Shown here piece after piece: positions 37,496 to 46,163 of a DNA stretch of 64,000 nt. The stretch is from positions 11,418 through 75,417 of the IMG/VR virus record IMGVR_UViG_3300035703_000058; one strand, 5' to 3'. Numbering within the stretch: position 1 is the first letter of the stretch; each line of letters opens with the position of its first letter. This DNA comes from a virus. The notes beneath the pieces were generated by a model that ran no database searches, had not been told where the DNA came from, and was given only the letters and a program-made list of their open reading frames with translations. The position numbers were made by a program, and so were the translations under genes.

Positions 37496-37860
37496 TGGCG
37501 ACCTCGATCCTGCCCGGCTACCCGAACCTGCCCGAACACAGCTACGTCGTCACGCTGGGCGAGGCCCGTTACCGCGTGACGCTGATCTGGCGCGAGCGGC
37601 CCGCGTCCTGGTACATGGACCTGCACACCCAGGATGGCACCGAGCTGGTGCTGGGCAAGCGGCTCGCCCCGGGTTGGTCTCCGCTGGCCGGCGCAGACCT
37701 CGGAGAGCACGCCCCCGATGGGCTCCTCTACTGCCGCGGCCCGGACAACTACAGCCGCATGGACCTCGGAGACACGCTCGTGCTGGTCTACGTGCCGCAG
37801 GAGGACATCGACGCCGCCACGACCGTCGAGGCGAGCGCGCTCACCTTCGAGGTGGCCTGA
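37495..37860 (+). CDS. baseplate plug-like protein
   Basis: VTLG...Y......W......WYMDL......L..G..L; ends LVYVP. Confidence 0.75.
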   Translation: MATSILPGYPNLPEHSYVVTLGEARYRVTLIWRERPASWYMDLHTQDGTELVLGKRLAPGWSPLAGADLGEHAPDGLLYCRGPDNYSRMDLGDTLVLVYVPQEDIDAATTVEASALTFEVA

Positions 37861-38672
37861 TGGTGCCCTTCGGGCGTCAGGTCATCCTGGAGTTCGGCTT
37901 GCCCGGGCAGCAGGGCCGCCGCTTCCGGGACCTGTCGGTCACCTTCCGGGTGGAGATGACGCAGACAGCGACGCCCAACACGGCCCGCATCGTGGCCCGC
38001 AACCTCGCCGCCGACTCCGTGGCGCTCCTGCAGCGCGACGGCGTGGTGGTGCGCCTGCTGGCCGGCTACGACGCCCCCCGCCTCGTCTTCCAGGGCGAGC
38101 CCGTCCGCAACGGCGTCGATGAGCGCTATGAGGGCACCGACCGCGTCCTGACGCTTGACCTGCAGGACGGCGGGCGCAGCTACCGTCTGGGCCGCGTCTC
38201 GGTCTCCTACGCGACCGCGACCACGCTCGGGCAGGTGCTGGACGCCGTGACAGACCAGCTTGGCTTGCCGCTCGGCACCATCGACGTCGATCGCACGGTC
38301 GGGCTCGGGCGCGGCATCGTGCTCCGCGGCCCAGCCCGCGACGTGCTGGACCAGATCGCGGAAGCCTCCGACGCCCGCTGGTCCATCATCGACGGCGCCC
38401 TGAACATCATCGCCCGCACCGGCAGCCTGGCGGACCAGGCCGTCGTCTTCTCGGCTGCCCGCGGCAACCTCATCGGCTCCCCCAGCCGGAAGGACGGCGG
38501 CGTCGAGGTCAAGGGGCTCATCGCCCCCAGCCTACGCCCCGGCAAGCTCTTCCGGGTGGAGAGCGCGTTCATCACCGGCGACTATGTGGCCACCGAGGTG
38601 GACTTCATGGGCGGGCTGCGCGAGCAGGACTTCTACGTGGTCGCGCGGGGCCGCCCCCGCCGGAGCGTGTGA
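37860..38672 (+). CDS. baseplate hub protein
   Basis: PNTARI...NL...LLAGY...FQG...WSI.DG...LIGSP. Confidence 0.82.
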   Translation: MVPFGRQVILEFGLPGQQGRRFRDLSVTFRVEMTQTATPNTARIVARNLAADSVALLQRDGVVVRLLAGYDAPRLVFQGEPVRNGVDERYEGTDRVLTLDLQDGGRSYRLGRVSVSYATATTLGQVLDAVTDQLGLPLGTIDVDRTVGLGRGIVLRGPARDVLDQIAEASDARWSIIDGALNIIARTGSLADQAVVFSAARGNLIGSPSRKDGGVEVKGLIAPSLRPGKLFRVESAFITGDYVATEVDFMGGLREQDFYVVARGRPRRSV

Positions 38673-39349
38673 TGCACCAGAACGACGCGCTGCTGGGTCT
38701 TGTCCGCGCCGAAGTCGCGCGGGTCCACACCACCTTCCCCGGCGTAGTCGTGCGCTACGACCGCACCCGCCAGACCGCCGCCGTGCAGATCGTCCCGCGG
38801 TTCCGCTGGCGCAACCCCGACACCGATGAGCTGGTGTTCGAGCAGGTCCCGCAGCTCCCGGACGTGCCGATCCTCTTTCCGGCGGGCTCCGGCGTGTCAC
38901 TGGTCTGGGATCTCGCCGCGGGCGACCCGGTGTGGGTGGTGGTGGCCGACCGCTGCATCGCCGAGTGGAAGGCGACCGGCAACGCCGACACCGAGCCGCA
39001 GACCCCCCGGCGCTGGGACTTCTCCGACGCCGTGGCCTTTCCCGGTGGCGCCTGCCCGGCGGACCCGCTGTCCGGCACGGCGCTCCCGTCGGCGGCGGGC
39101 ATGGTGGTCCTCAAGGGTGGCGACGTCCGGCTGGGCAGCTCGGCGGCGGTGTCGGGCGTGGCGCTGGCGCCGTTGGTGGAGGCCCAGCTCACCACGCTGG
39201 AGACGGCGCTACAGACGGCGCTCACCGCGGGCATTGCGGCCGGCGGCGGCGGCGTAATCGCTGCGCTCACCGCGATGCAGACGGCGCTGACGACGGCGCT
39301 GGCGGCGTGGCCATCCACCACCGCGGCGACGAAGGTCAAGGCGGAGTAG
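38669..39349 (+). CDS. baseplate spike/puncturing protein (Gp138/gpV-like)
   Basis: T.FPG.V..YD...LPDVP..FP...GD...ADRCI..W...R.D.SDA..FPG; ends TKVKAE. Confidence 0.85.
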   Translation: MMHQNDALLGLVRAEVARVHTTFPGVVVRYDRTRQTAAVQIVPRFRWRNPDTDELVFEQVPQLPDVPILFPAGSGVSLVWDLAAGDPVWVVVADRCIAEWKATGNADTEPQTPRRWDFSDAVAFPGGACPADPLSGTALPSAAGMVVLKGGDVRLGSSAAVSGVALAPLVEAQLTTLETALQTALTAGIAAGGGGVIAALTAMQTALTTALAAWPSTTAATKVKAE

Positions 39350-39389
39350 TCGCCCTTGACGCGCGGAAGCGACGCGCTACAGGTTGTAC

Positions 39390-39462
39390 TGCGACTTGAC
39401 GCAGCGGTTAGCGTGCTGGCCTCATAAGCCGGAAGTCGGTGGTTCGAATCCACCAGTCGCTA
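39390..39462 (+). tRNA. tRNA with CAU anticodon (Met; U1:U72 mismatch suggests initiator-like); CCA not encoded
   Basis: Cloverleaf: acceptor TGCGACT/AGTCGCT-A, D arm ACGC/GCGT, anticodon arm CTGGC-CTCATAA-GCCGG, T arm GGTGG-TTCGAAT-CCACC; TTGACG element just upstream. Confidence 0.93.
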
Positions 39463-39822
39463 CTTCTCAGGCCGCTGGACGGGCCACGCAGCCCTCGGTC
39501 GACTGGCTGTCCCGCGCGCCCACCGCTTCGCGAGCTTCAACGCCATCGCGCCCGGACGTCGGCTGCTCGTGCTGGGCAGCACCTCAGCGGCCACGGCATT
39601 CCAGGACCCGAGCCGGACGAACGCCTCGTAGCACCGCGCCCCCGTCAAGCGCCCCGGCGGCCACGGCAGCCCGGCGAGTTGGGCGTATTCGAGGGCCAGC
39701 CGCCGGGCAGTGGCCCGGGGCACGTCCAACCGACCCGCGGCGCCGGTCAGCGAGCACCCGGCGACCATGAGCGCGTACAGGCGCTGACCGGTGTCCGGTG
39801 GATGCAGGCGCGGGCGGGTCAA
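39460..39822 (-). CDS. small HTH-like protein, last gene of the Cas-associated operon
   Basis: TTG start overlaps cysH-like stop; GCSLTGAAGRLDVPRATARR; stop codon overlaps last 3 nt of tRNA. Confidence 0.6.
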   Translation of the reverse strand: MTRPRLHPPDTGQRLYALMVAGCSLTGAAGRLDVPRATARRLALEYAQLAGLPWPPGRLTGARCYEAFVRLGSWNAVAAEVLPSTSSRRPGAMALKLAKRWARGTASRPRAAWPVQRPEK

Positions 39823-40658
39823 GATACCGCCCGAACAGCCGGATCGATGTCGGCGGCGAGCTGCCACAGGTCGGGCCACCAGCGGCGCAGCCATGCGTAA
39901 TGGCTGCCAATCGTCGCGGGCAGACCGCCCACGACCCACCAGCTCTTGCGCAGAGACAGCGCATCCATCCCCGGGTCAACGCACAGATAGCAGGGCAGCA
40001 ACGGCACCTGCTCGCGAACCAGGAAGGCGTGAACGTCGAGCGCGCTCCAGGCGGCGATGGGCTGGGCCACCGTGAGCCCGTCCTTGCGCCTGTAGACGCT
40101 GCCGCGGGTGGCGTTCATGGCGCGCCCCCGGCTCTCGCCAGCCCTCAGCCCGAGCAGCGCGCCATCGTAGCCATGGTGTAGACGATGGGCGTTCAGCAGC
40201 CCATAGAAGTGCTCGGCGCTCAGCTCGGCGGTTCTGCCGTGGTGGTCGTTCAGCAGCGACCGCTGCCCGGCGAGCACCGACCACAGCGACACACCGGGGC
40301 TCAGGATGTCCAGGTGCAGGCCAAGATGGCGGCAAAGGTGCTCGATGTAGGCCCGTTCGCCGGGGTAATCGAGGTCGTCCTTGACGCTCACGGCGGGCGG
40401 GTGCCAACCATGCAGGGCCAGCAGCGCCGCCATGGCTGAGCTGTCCTTGCCGCCGCTCAGGCTCGCGCACCAACCCACCGACACCGCCGCGGCCGCATCC
40501 AGCGCCCGTCGCGCGACTGTGATCTTGTGGTCCATGGCTCGGGAGCGCGCGTGCAACGCCACCGCCCGCCACGGATAGTGCAGGCCCACATCCGAACGCC
40601 CGGGCAACGCACCATCGCCGCACCAGGCGATGATCTGGCGGAGCCAGTCAGTCCTCAT
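39819..40658 (-). CDS. CysH/PAPS-reductase-like PP-loop protein (type IV-B accessory type)
   Basis: SLSGGKDS, LGLRAGESRGR, QPIAAWSALDV. Confidence 0.88.
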   Translation of the reverse strand: MRTDWLRQIIAWCGDGALPGRSDVGLHYPWRAVALHARSRAMDHKITVARRALDAAAAVSVGWCASLSGGKDSSAMAALLALHGWHPPAVSVKDDLDYPGERAYIEHLCRHLGLHLDILSPGVSLWSVLAGQRSLLNDHHGRTAELSAEHFYGLLNAHRLHHGYDGALLGLRAGESRGRAMNATRGSVYRRKDGLTVAQPIAAWSALDVHAFLVREQVPLLPCYLCVDPGMDALSLRKSWWVVGGLPATIGSHYAWLRRWWPDLWQLAADIDPAVRAVS

Positions 40659-41241
40659 CGACCATCTCCCAGGCGCCGGAGAACTCGACGTTGCGGAACA
40701 GCTCGGCGACCCCGGTCACCTGCTTGTAGCGGTAGATGGTGTCCAGGTCCACACCCAGGGCCAGGGCGATCTGTTCGTCCTCCATGCCCTGCTCGCACAT
40801 CCGGCGTATCAGGTCGGCGTCGAGGTCCACCTGATGCACGCCGCGGGCCTTGTTGAACTGCCACGTCGCCGCCAGCCGCCGCGACAGATCGTGCGGCAAC
40901 ACCACCACGGGCAGGTAGTCACAGTCCAGCCAGTCCGGCCCCAGCACCATCTTGCGGTGGGCGCCGTCGATGACCACGAACAGGCGCTGCTCAGGATCGA
41001 ACACGGTGACGATGGGAAAGCAAAACCCGTTGTCGAGCACCGACTGGAGCAGCAGCTCCATCTTGTCGGGGCTCACGCTGTTGGGGTTGTAGAAATTCTC
41101 GACTACCAGCTCCGCACGAACCAGCACGGCGCGCAGGCAGGGCACCGGAATGCGTCCGCGGGTCTTGGAGGTGATGTAGGCGCCCTCCGACCCCCCAGCG
41201 CGCCACGCCTCGAAGTCGGCCATCGTGTCGATCCTGAGCAT
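40648..41241 (-). CDS. IbrB-like ParB/Srx-domain protein
   Basis: NFYNPNSV...MELL..S...NGF.FPIV...IDGAHR...AT..FNKARGVH. Confidence 0.9.
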   Translation of the reverse strand: MLRIDTMADFEAWRAGGSEGAYITSKTRGRIPVPCLRAVLVRAELVVENFYNPNSVSPDKMELLLQSVLDNGFCFPIVTVFDPEQRLFVVIDGAHRKMVLGPDWLDCDYLPVVVLPHDLSRRLAATWQFNKARGVHQVDLDADLIRRMCEQGMEDEQIALALGVDLDTIYRYKQVTGVAELFRNVEFSGAWEMVDED

Positions 41242-42374
41242 CAGAGCACCTCGGCGTAATGGGCGATGAGCGCGTCGCGGGGGTCGGCCTTGTTGTCAAC
41301 CGGCAGGTTGTTCTCGTAGTCGTTGAGAACGAGCTGGCGGCATTGCTGCCGGGCCACGAACTCATTGTCCAGGTGCCCGCCGAACCGGCGACGTAAGATG
41401 TCCGCCTTGGCCGGATCCGGGTGGGTCGCCAACAGGAAATCGCGGTAGACCCGCCACGAACGAAAGTTCTTCGGCAGCTTGCGGCATCGAAACAGCGTCG
41501 CCGCCTTGGCCGTTTCCTGCGCAAGCGCAATGCCCCTGATGCGCTTCTGCAGCCGCGCGTAGGTCTTGGGCTCAAAGGCAGGCAGGTCGGCCAGCGCGCG
41601 AAAGCTGCGCTCGTGTATGAGCGAAGACACTCGCCGCTCGCCCAGCGGGTAGCCCATCTTGTGCTGGAAGTCGTAGACCCTGGAGTACCTGAGCCCCTCC
41701 ATGGCGATGTACTTCCAGACATCGTGCGCGTTCCAGTCGTAGATCGGGTAGAGCGTGACGGTGCTCGCCCGGCGTGTGCCCCAATAGACGCGCTGGCCGT
41801 CGCCGATCTCGATGGGGTGCTTGGTGACCGCGCGCCAGCGGTTCGGGCTCTCTCCGGCGGCGCGCAGGCCGACCAGAAAGGCGTGGCCGGGGTAGCAGCG
41901 GGCGAAAGTCTCGATCACGTCGTAGAAGCCAAAGCCCTTGTTCCGGTCGCGCACGGTGACCTGCTCGGGCGCCCACGGTGGGTGCTGGATGGCGTCGCGC
42001 TCCTTTGCGCGCATCCAGGTTTTGTGCTCCCCCGGCTCCCAGGCGTTGAGCTGACCTTCGGTCAGGCTGGTCGCGTTGGTGAGGCGGAAAGGCACCTGAA
42101 GCCACAGCGGCCGCGTGTTCTCCGGGTACAGCGCCATCAGGTAGCGCACCTGCTCAACGCTGCTCTGGTACATGACCTCCTCATCGAGCAGGTGTACGCC
42201 GATGCGCAGCCCCCGGCGGTTGGCCTCCACCAAGGCAAGATGAGCCAACACGGTGCTGTCCTTGCCGCCGCTCACGCTGACGATCACCTTGTCGCCGAAG
42301 GCGTCGAAGACCATGCGGACACGGCGCTGGGCAGCGGCGAGCACGGTCTCACCCGTGTAGTGCTGTCGCGACAT
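41241..42374 (-). CDS. IbrA-like PAPS-reductase-family (PP-loop) protein
   Basis: VSVSGGKDS, LVGLRA..ES.NR, YPIYDW...DVW, YD......RVS.. Confidence 0.9.
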   Translation of the reverse strand: MSRQHYTGETVLAAAQRRVRMVFDAFGDKVIVSVSGGKDSTVLAHLALVEANRRGLRIGVHLLDEEVMYQSSVEQVRYLMALYPENTRPLWLQVPFRLTNATSLTEGQLNAWEPGEHKTWMRAKERDAIQHPPWAPEQVTVRDRNKGFGFYDVIETFARCYPGHAFLVGLRAAGESPNRWRAVTKHPIEIGDGQRVYWGTRRASTVTLYPIYDWNAHDVWKYIAMEGLRYSRVYDFQHKMGYPLGERRVSSLIHERSFRALADLPAFEPKTYARLQKRIRGIALAQETAKAATLFRCRKLPKNFRSWRVYRDFLLATHPDPAKADILRRRFGGHLDNEFVARQQCRQLVLNDYENNLPVDNKADPRDALIAHYAEVL

Positions 42375-43251
42375 CGCGCACCCTCCCAGCCCACGCGGTG
42401 TAACGGTCGAAGTACCAGCGGTCTACGGCGAGATCCGACACCAGCAGGGTGGCGTTGGCCTGACGGGTCACGGCCAGCGCGTCGGCGTAGTCGACGAAGT
42501 TGTGGGGGACCTCCAACAACAGGCGCGCACGGTCGTCGGCCACGTCGCGAAAGGTGGCCACATCACCACCAAGACGCTGGTTGCGGGCGAGGTAGGCGTG
42601 TCCGTTCAAGGCGCGAAATCGAGCACCACCCCCGACAAGCGCAAGGTTGCGGGGCAGGACGTGGGGGTCCTTGTCGCCGTCTTCACGCAGCTCGGCGAGC
42701 AGGCGTGCCTTCGTCGCGGCGTATGTCGCTTTGGTTCTGGCGTCGGTCTCCACAGCGCGCACGGTGAAGGCGGGCAACAGCGAACGACCCACCACCCGCA
42801 CCTCAGAGAGCATCGACGGCGCGAAGGCGTCGCGCTTCCACTTCGACCGCGTGACCCAGTCGATGAGGATCATGACGTCGTCGGGCTCGGCGATGATTGG
42901 CAAGGTCTGAAAGACCAGGACGTGCGGCGTGCGCTGGAGGTAGTTGCGCAGGCAGTTGTAGCCGAGATCGTGCCGGTTCTGCGTGCGCAATCCTTCATTG
43001 ACCACGATCAGGGTGTCGGGGTCGATCCGCTCCAACAGCGGGTAGTAGTACCGGTACATGACGATGTTGGGCCAGTCGATGAACAGGCCGGGCGCGCCGA
43101 TCTCGGTGCTGGGGTCCAGCAGCTCACGATCCCAGCCAGGCAGGCAGAACCGGCGCGGCGTGAAGACGACGACCTTGGTGAGCCCGCGCTCCACCATCGT
43201 CGCGCGGATCATCTCGGCGCGCTCGACGGGGGTGTGGCCCAAGCAGATCAC
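42349..43251 (-). CDS. conserved-looking hypothetical protein, possible degenerate SF2-helicase fold
   Basis: GTG start overlaps MTase stop; LIVVNEGLRTQNR...NC resembles a decayed Walker B; coupled to ibrA. Confidence 0.65.
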   Translation of the reverse strand: MICLGHTPVERAEMIRATMVERGLTKVVVFTPRRFCLPGWDRELLDPSTEIGAPGLFIDWPNIVMYRYYYPLLERIDPDTLIVVNEGLRTQNRHDLGYNCLRNYLQRTPHVLVFQTLPIIAEPDDVMILIDWVTRSKWKRDAFAPSMLSEVRVVGRSLLPAFTVRAVETDARTKATYAATKARLLAELREDGDKDPHVLPRNLALVGGGARFRALNGHAYLARNQRLGGDVATFRDVADDRARLLLEVPHNFVDYADALAVTRQANATLLVSDLAVDRWYFDRYTAWAGRVRDVATALHG

Positions 43252-43904
43252 GGGGTCACCGTGTAGCCGCGCCTGACCAACCAGGCGACCGTCCTGGCCA
43301 ACCGCTTCGGGTTCAGTTCGCTCCCGATGGCGTTCAGCCCGTAGTGGTGGGCCATGCGGCTGGTCATTCCCAAGCCCATGCAGGGGTCGCACACCCAGTC
43401 GCCGGGCGTGAGGGCGAGCCCATCAAAGACGCGGCGGGTCATCGCCTCACCGTGCAGGCCGGTGGGGTCCGTGACGATGGGGGTGCGGCCGAAGTGCAGC
43501 AGCAGGTTGGGCAGCAGGCGAGAACCGCTGCCGTAGAGGACCGCGTAGCGCCCGATGTCCGGCAGCATCCACCCTGGCAGGGTGCCGGCCACGTCCAGCA
43601 GCATGCCGTGGTGCTTCGGGTTGGTCGCCTGCTCCACCAGGACGTCGTCCGCGCCCCGGGCCATGCACGCCACGGCCACCGAGCACCACGCGCGGAGAAA
43701 GGCGTCGTAGGAGTCGCACCGCTCGCGACCCGCGTGGGTGCGCCAGTAGGTCGCGTTGCCAGGGTTCCAGGGCGGATCGCTGTAGACCAGACGGACACGA
43801 TCGGGAAGGTGTGCCTGATACCACGCCAGCGTGGTCGGGTCTTGCAGGTCCCCACACAGCAAGAGCTGGCGTTGCTGCCCGCGGGTGCAAACGTACATGC
43901 TCAC
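43248..43904 (-). CDS. small amino-methyltransferase (N6A/N4C, beta-type order)
   Basis: LLCGD, VYSDPPW (motif IV), CDPCMGLGMT (motif I), GSELNPKR. Confidence 0.85.
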   Translation of the reverse strand: MSMYVCTRGQQRQLLLCGDLQDPTTLAWYQAHLPDRVRLVYSDPPWNPGNATYWRTHAGRERCDSYDAFLRAWCSVAVACMARGADDVLVEQATNPKHHGMLLDVAGTLPGWMLPDIGRYAVLYGSGSRLLPNLLLHFGRTPIVTDPTGLHGEAMTRRVFDGLALTPGDWVCDPCMGLGMTSRMAHHYGLNAIGSELNPKRLARTVAWLVRRGYTVTP

Positions 43905-44611
43905 TCCGACGGGCGCGCCTGCCAGCACGCCACCCGCTGCCCGCCGTAGTAGGGCGGACGCAGCGGCAGAAGGGTTTGGACGGTGTGGGCGGGTGGATTG
44001 GACGCCCGCCCCACGGGGAGGTGTCGGAGCCGCACATCGTCGAGGTAGTCGCCCGGGGCGGGACCGCCCACGGCGACCCGCCAGCCATCAACCCAGCCGA
44101 TGCCATGGCAGCCCAACCCGCCGATCGCCGGCACCGGCGCGAGCAACCTGCCGAGCTGGTCCAGCGGCGCCAGATCCCAGCCGAGCGTGCGGTTGACCTC
44201 GCCGACGCGGGCCTCGTCCAGCACGCCGGTCCACACCAGCTCGCGGCACGCCGCCCACAGGTGCTTGCGCACGCGCAGGCTCTTGTCGGGGCCAGCCTTC
44301 ATGTCCACGGGCCCGCCGGCCCGATGGCGCATGTACCAGTCCACAGGTGCCCGGCGGTGCAGGTGGTGGGTGCGTTCAGGCCCGACCGGCGCCGCCTGAG
44401 AGGCTGCCCACCACCACAGACCCCCGTCGGCGACAACCGCCGCGAACGGCAGCAGGTCCCATACACGCGGGTTGTAGGCCGGGTGGGCGACCGGGTCCAG
44501 CCGATTCAGCCACATCGCCAGCCCAACCCCCGCGAGCGCGTCCAACATCGGCGGGTTGGGCAGGTTCGGCCCGGGCGGGCGCAGCGCCGCCGTGACGGTG
44601 ACCGGAATCAC
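43901..44611 (-). CDS. csf3: type IV Cas5-family RAMP protein Csf3
   Basis: MLDAL, WAAS, GPDKSLR, Gly-rich loop AIGGLGCHGIGWV..W, C-terminal LRPPYY. Confidence 0.85.
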   Translation of the reverse strand: MIPVTVTAALRPPGPNLPNPPMLDALAGVGLAMWLNRLDPVAHPAYNPRVWDLLPFAAVVADGGLWWWAASQAAPVGPERTHHLHRRAPVDWYMRHRAGGPVDMKAGPDKSLRVRKHLWAACRELVWTGVLDEARVGEVNRTLGWDLAPLDQLGRLLAPVPAIGGLGCHGIGWVDGWRVAVGGPAPGDYLDDVRLRHLPVGRASNPPAHTVQTLLPLRPPYYGGQRVACWQARPSE

Positions 44612-45636
44612 GACAGCCACGCCAGGATGCGGTCGCGGCGGTCGGCCAGATGTGCCCGCAGCGCCCCCGCACACTGCTCGTCCGCGGCGTCCATGGTCGC
44701 CACCGGGGCGGCGTCGGTCACCGTGAAGGGCGCCGCCGGTTCGAGCTGCCAGGCGCCCCGCACGCGCACCGACAGGGCACCGAAGTTCTCCCGGGCCACA
44801 CCGCCCACACGGGCGCCTGAGCGAATCCAGTCCGCGATCGCCAGCAGCAGCGTCCACAGCTCCACCTCGGTGGCGTTCACCAGCCGGACCTCGCCGATCA
44901 GCGGCACCCCCGCGGAGATCGCCTCGTAGGCGTAGGGCATGGACTCGTTGGCCCGGCGGCGCTCCACCGCGCCCACCTTGCCCCCACCGGCCCGCCGCTC
45001 GGCCAGCACACCTGCGTGGACGGCCTGCACCCGCTCGTCCACCGCGAGCAGGAGCGCGGCCGTGGAAGAGCTGGCGAGATCATGGCGATATCGCTGTTCG
45101 GTGTGGGTGGCCTGCGCAAGCGCAACGGGGCCGCGCCGATCTGCAAACACCGGCTCGGCGCGCCCGTCGATGGTCGCCACCGCCGGCTGCAGCCCCGCCG
45201 CGACGGCCTCCTGTGCCCACACCGCGAGCCCCGCCACCTGCACGGCGCCGCGGTTGGGTGTGCCGGCGTCCATCGACCCGAACACGCCCAGCAGGGGGCA
45301 ATTCTGCCGCAGCTCCCACTGCTCCAGGGCGTTGTACCCGCCGACGTCGCCCTTCTCGTAGCGCCCGCCCTTCAGCAGCAGGCGCAGCCGGTCCCGGCCC
45401 AACTGCTCGATGCCCAACTCGGCGAGGTAGCGGGCGACGGCGTGCTCGCGCAGCGTCGCCTTGAGCGCCGCCCCGGACAGCATCGGCACCAACAACTCCC
45501 GGTAGTCGCCGAGCGTGTCATCCCACACCACCATGCGCTGCCGGCGCAGCACCTGCTCGTTGCCCTCGGTGCTCTCGCCGTGCGCGAGCGGGGCGAGGGT
45601 GACGGCGGTGAGGTGAAACACGTAGGAGGCGATCAT
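44608..45636 (-). CDS. csf2: type IV Cas7-family RAMP protein Csf2
   Basis: APLAHG...GN...R, VPMLSGAALKATLR, LLKGG, CPLLGVFG, MPYAYEAI..G, VGG.ARENFG. Confidence 0.88.
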   Translation of the reverse strand: MIASYVFHLTAVTLAPLAHGESTEGNEQVLRRQRMVVWDDTLGDYRELLVPMLSGAALKATLREHAVARYLAELGIEQLGRDRLRLLLKGGRYEKGDVGGYNALEQWELRQNCPLLGVFGSMDAGTPNRGAVQVAGLAVWAQEAVAAGLQPAVATIDGRAEPVFADRRGPVALAQATHTEQRYRHDLASSSTAALLLAVDERVQAVHAGVLAERRAGGGKVGAVERRRANESMPYAYEAISAGVPLIGEVRLVNATEVELWTLLLAIADWIRSGARVGGVARENFGALSVRVRGAWQLEPAAPFTVTDAAPVATMDAADEQCAGALRAHLADRRDRILAWLS

Positions 45637-46163
45637 GCGGACTCTCCGGGCGGTGTGGAAACCAAAAGGGCCGGCCTGGAAAGGTTTCCGGGCTGGCCGG
45701 CAAGCGAATCCGGGGCCGCGGCAAGATCGCGCACCAGCTCGCGGGCGACGTTGGCGAGGGTCAACGCGACGGGCAGCGTGGTGCCGCCAAGCAGGGCAGC
45801 GACGTGGCGGCCCGGCTGGGCGTCGGCGGCGCGCACCCACAGCGTCTCGTCATCGCTGAGCCAGCGCCCACCCCGCATGCCCAGCTTCTCCCCGAGCTTG
45901 ACGGCCAACTCGTGCAGGCTTCTCGGGCTGGTTCGGGCGACGGCGCGCACCCGGGCCTCAAAGGCGTCGCGGTTCTCGTGATGCGGCTTGGACCGCCGCA
46001 ACACCGCGTCGGCGGCGAAGGCGCGGCTCCAGGCCAACGCGAGCACCACGGTCAACTCGGCGCCACCCATGCGGCGCTCCCGCGCGTCGAAGCCAAGCGC
46101 GGGGTTGTCGGCGATGGGGCCGATGTCGCCCACGGCGACCGCGTAGAGGTCAAGGTGACGCAT
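45633..46163 (-). CDS. type IV small subunit (Cas11-like)
   Basis: Helical ~175-aa ORF between csf1 and csf2; FEARVRAVAR...L.E...KL...LG. Confidence 0.65.
   Translation of the reverse strand: MRHLDLYAVAVGDIGPIADNPALGFDARERRMGGAELTVVLALAWSRAFAADAVLRRSKPHHENRDAFEARVRAVARTSPRSLHELAVKLGEKLGMRGGRWLSDDETLWVRAADAQPGRHVAALLGGTTLPVALTLANVARELVRDLAAAPDSLAGQPGNLSRPALLVSTPPGESA

Noticed and set aside
39390-39462. tRNA as integration site (attL/attR) of an island carrying the Cas cassette
   Set aside because: No duplicated tRNA 3' end was seen near 47-52 kb and no integrase is present; phage tail genes flank both sides.
39819-42374. cysH-like genes as sulfate-assimilation auxiliary metabolic genes
   Set aside because: No other cys genes, no C-terminal ECGLH motif of true PAPS reductase, and the context is Cas/IbrAB.
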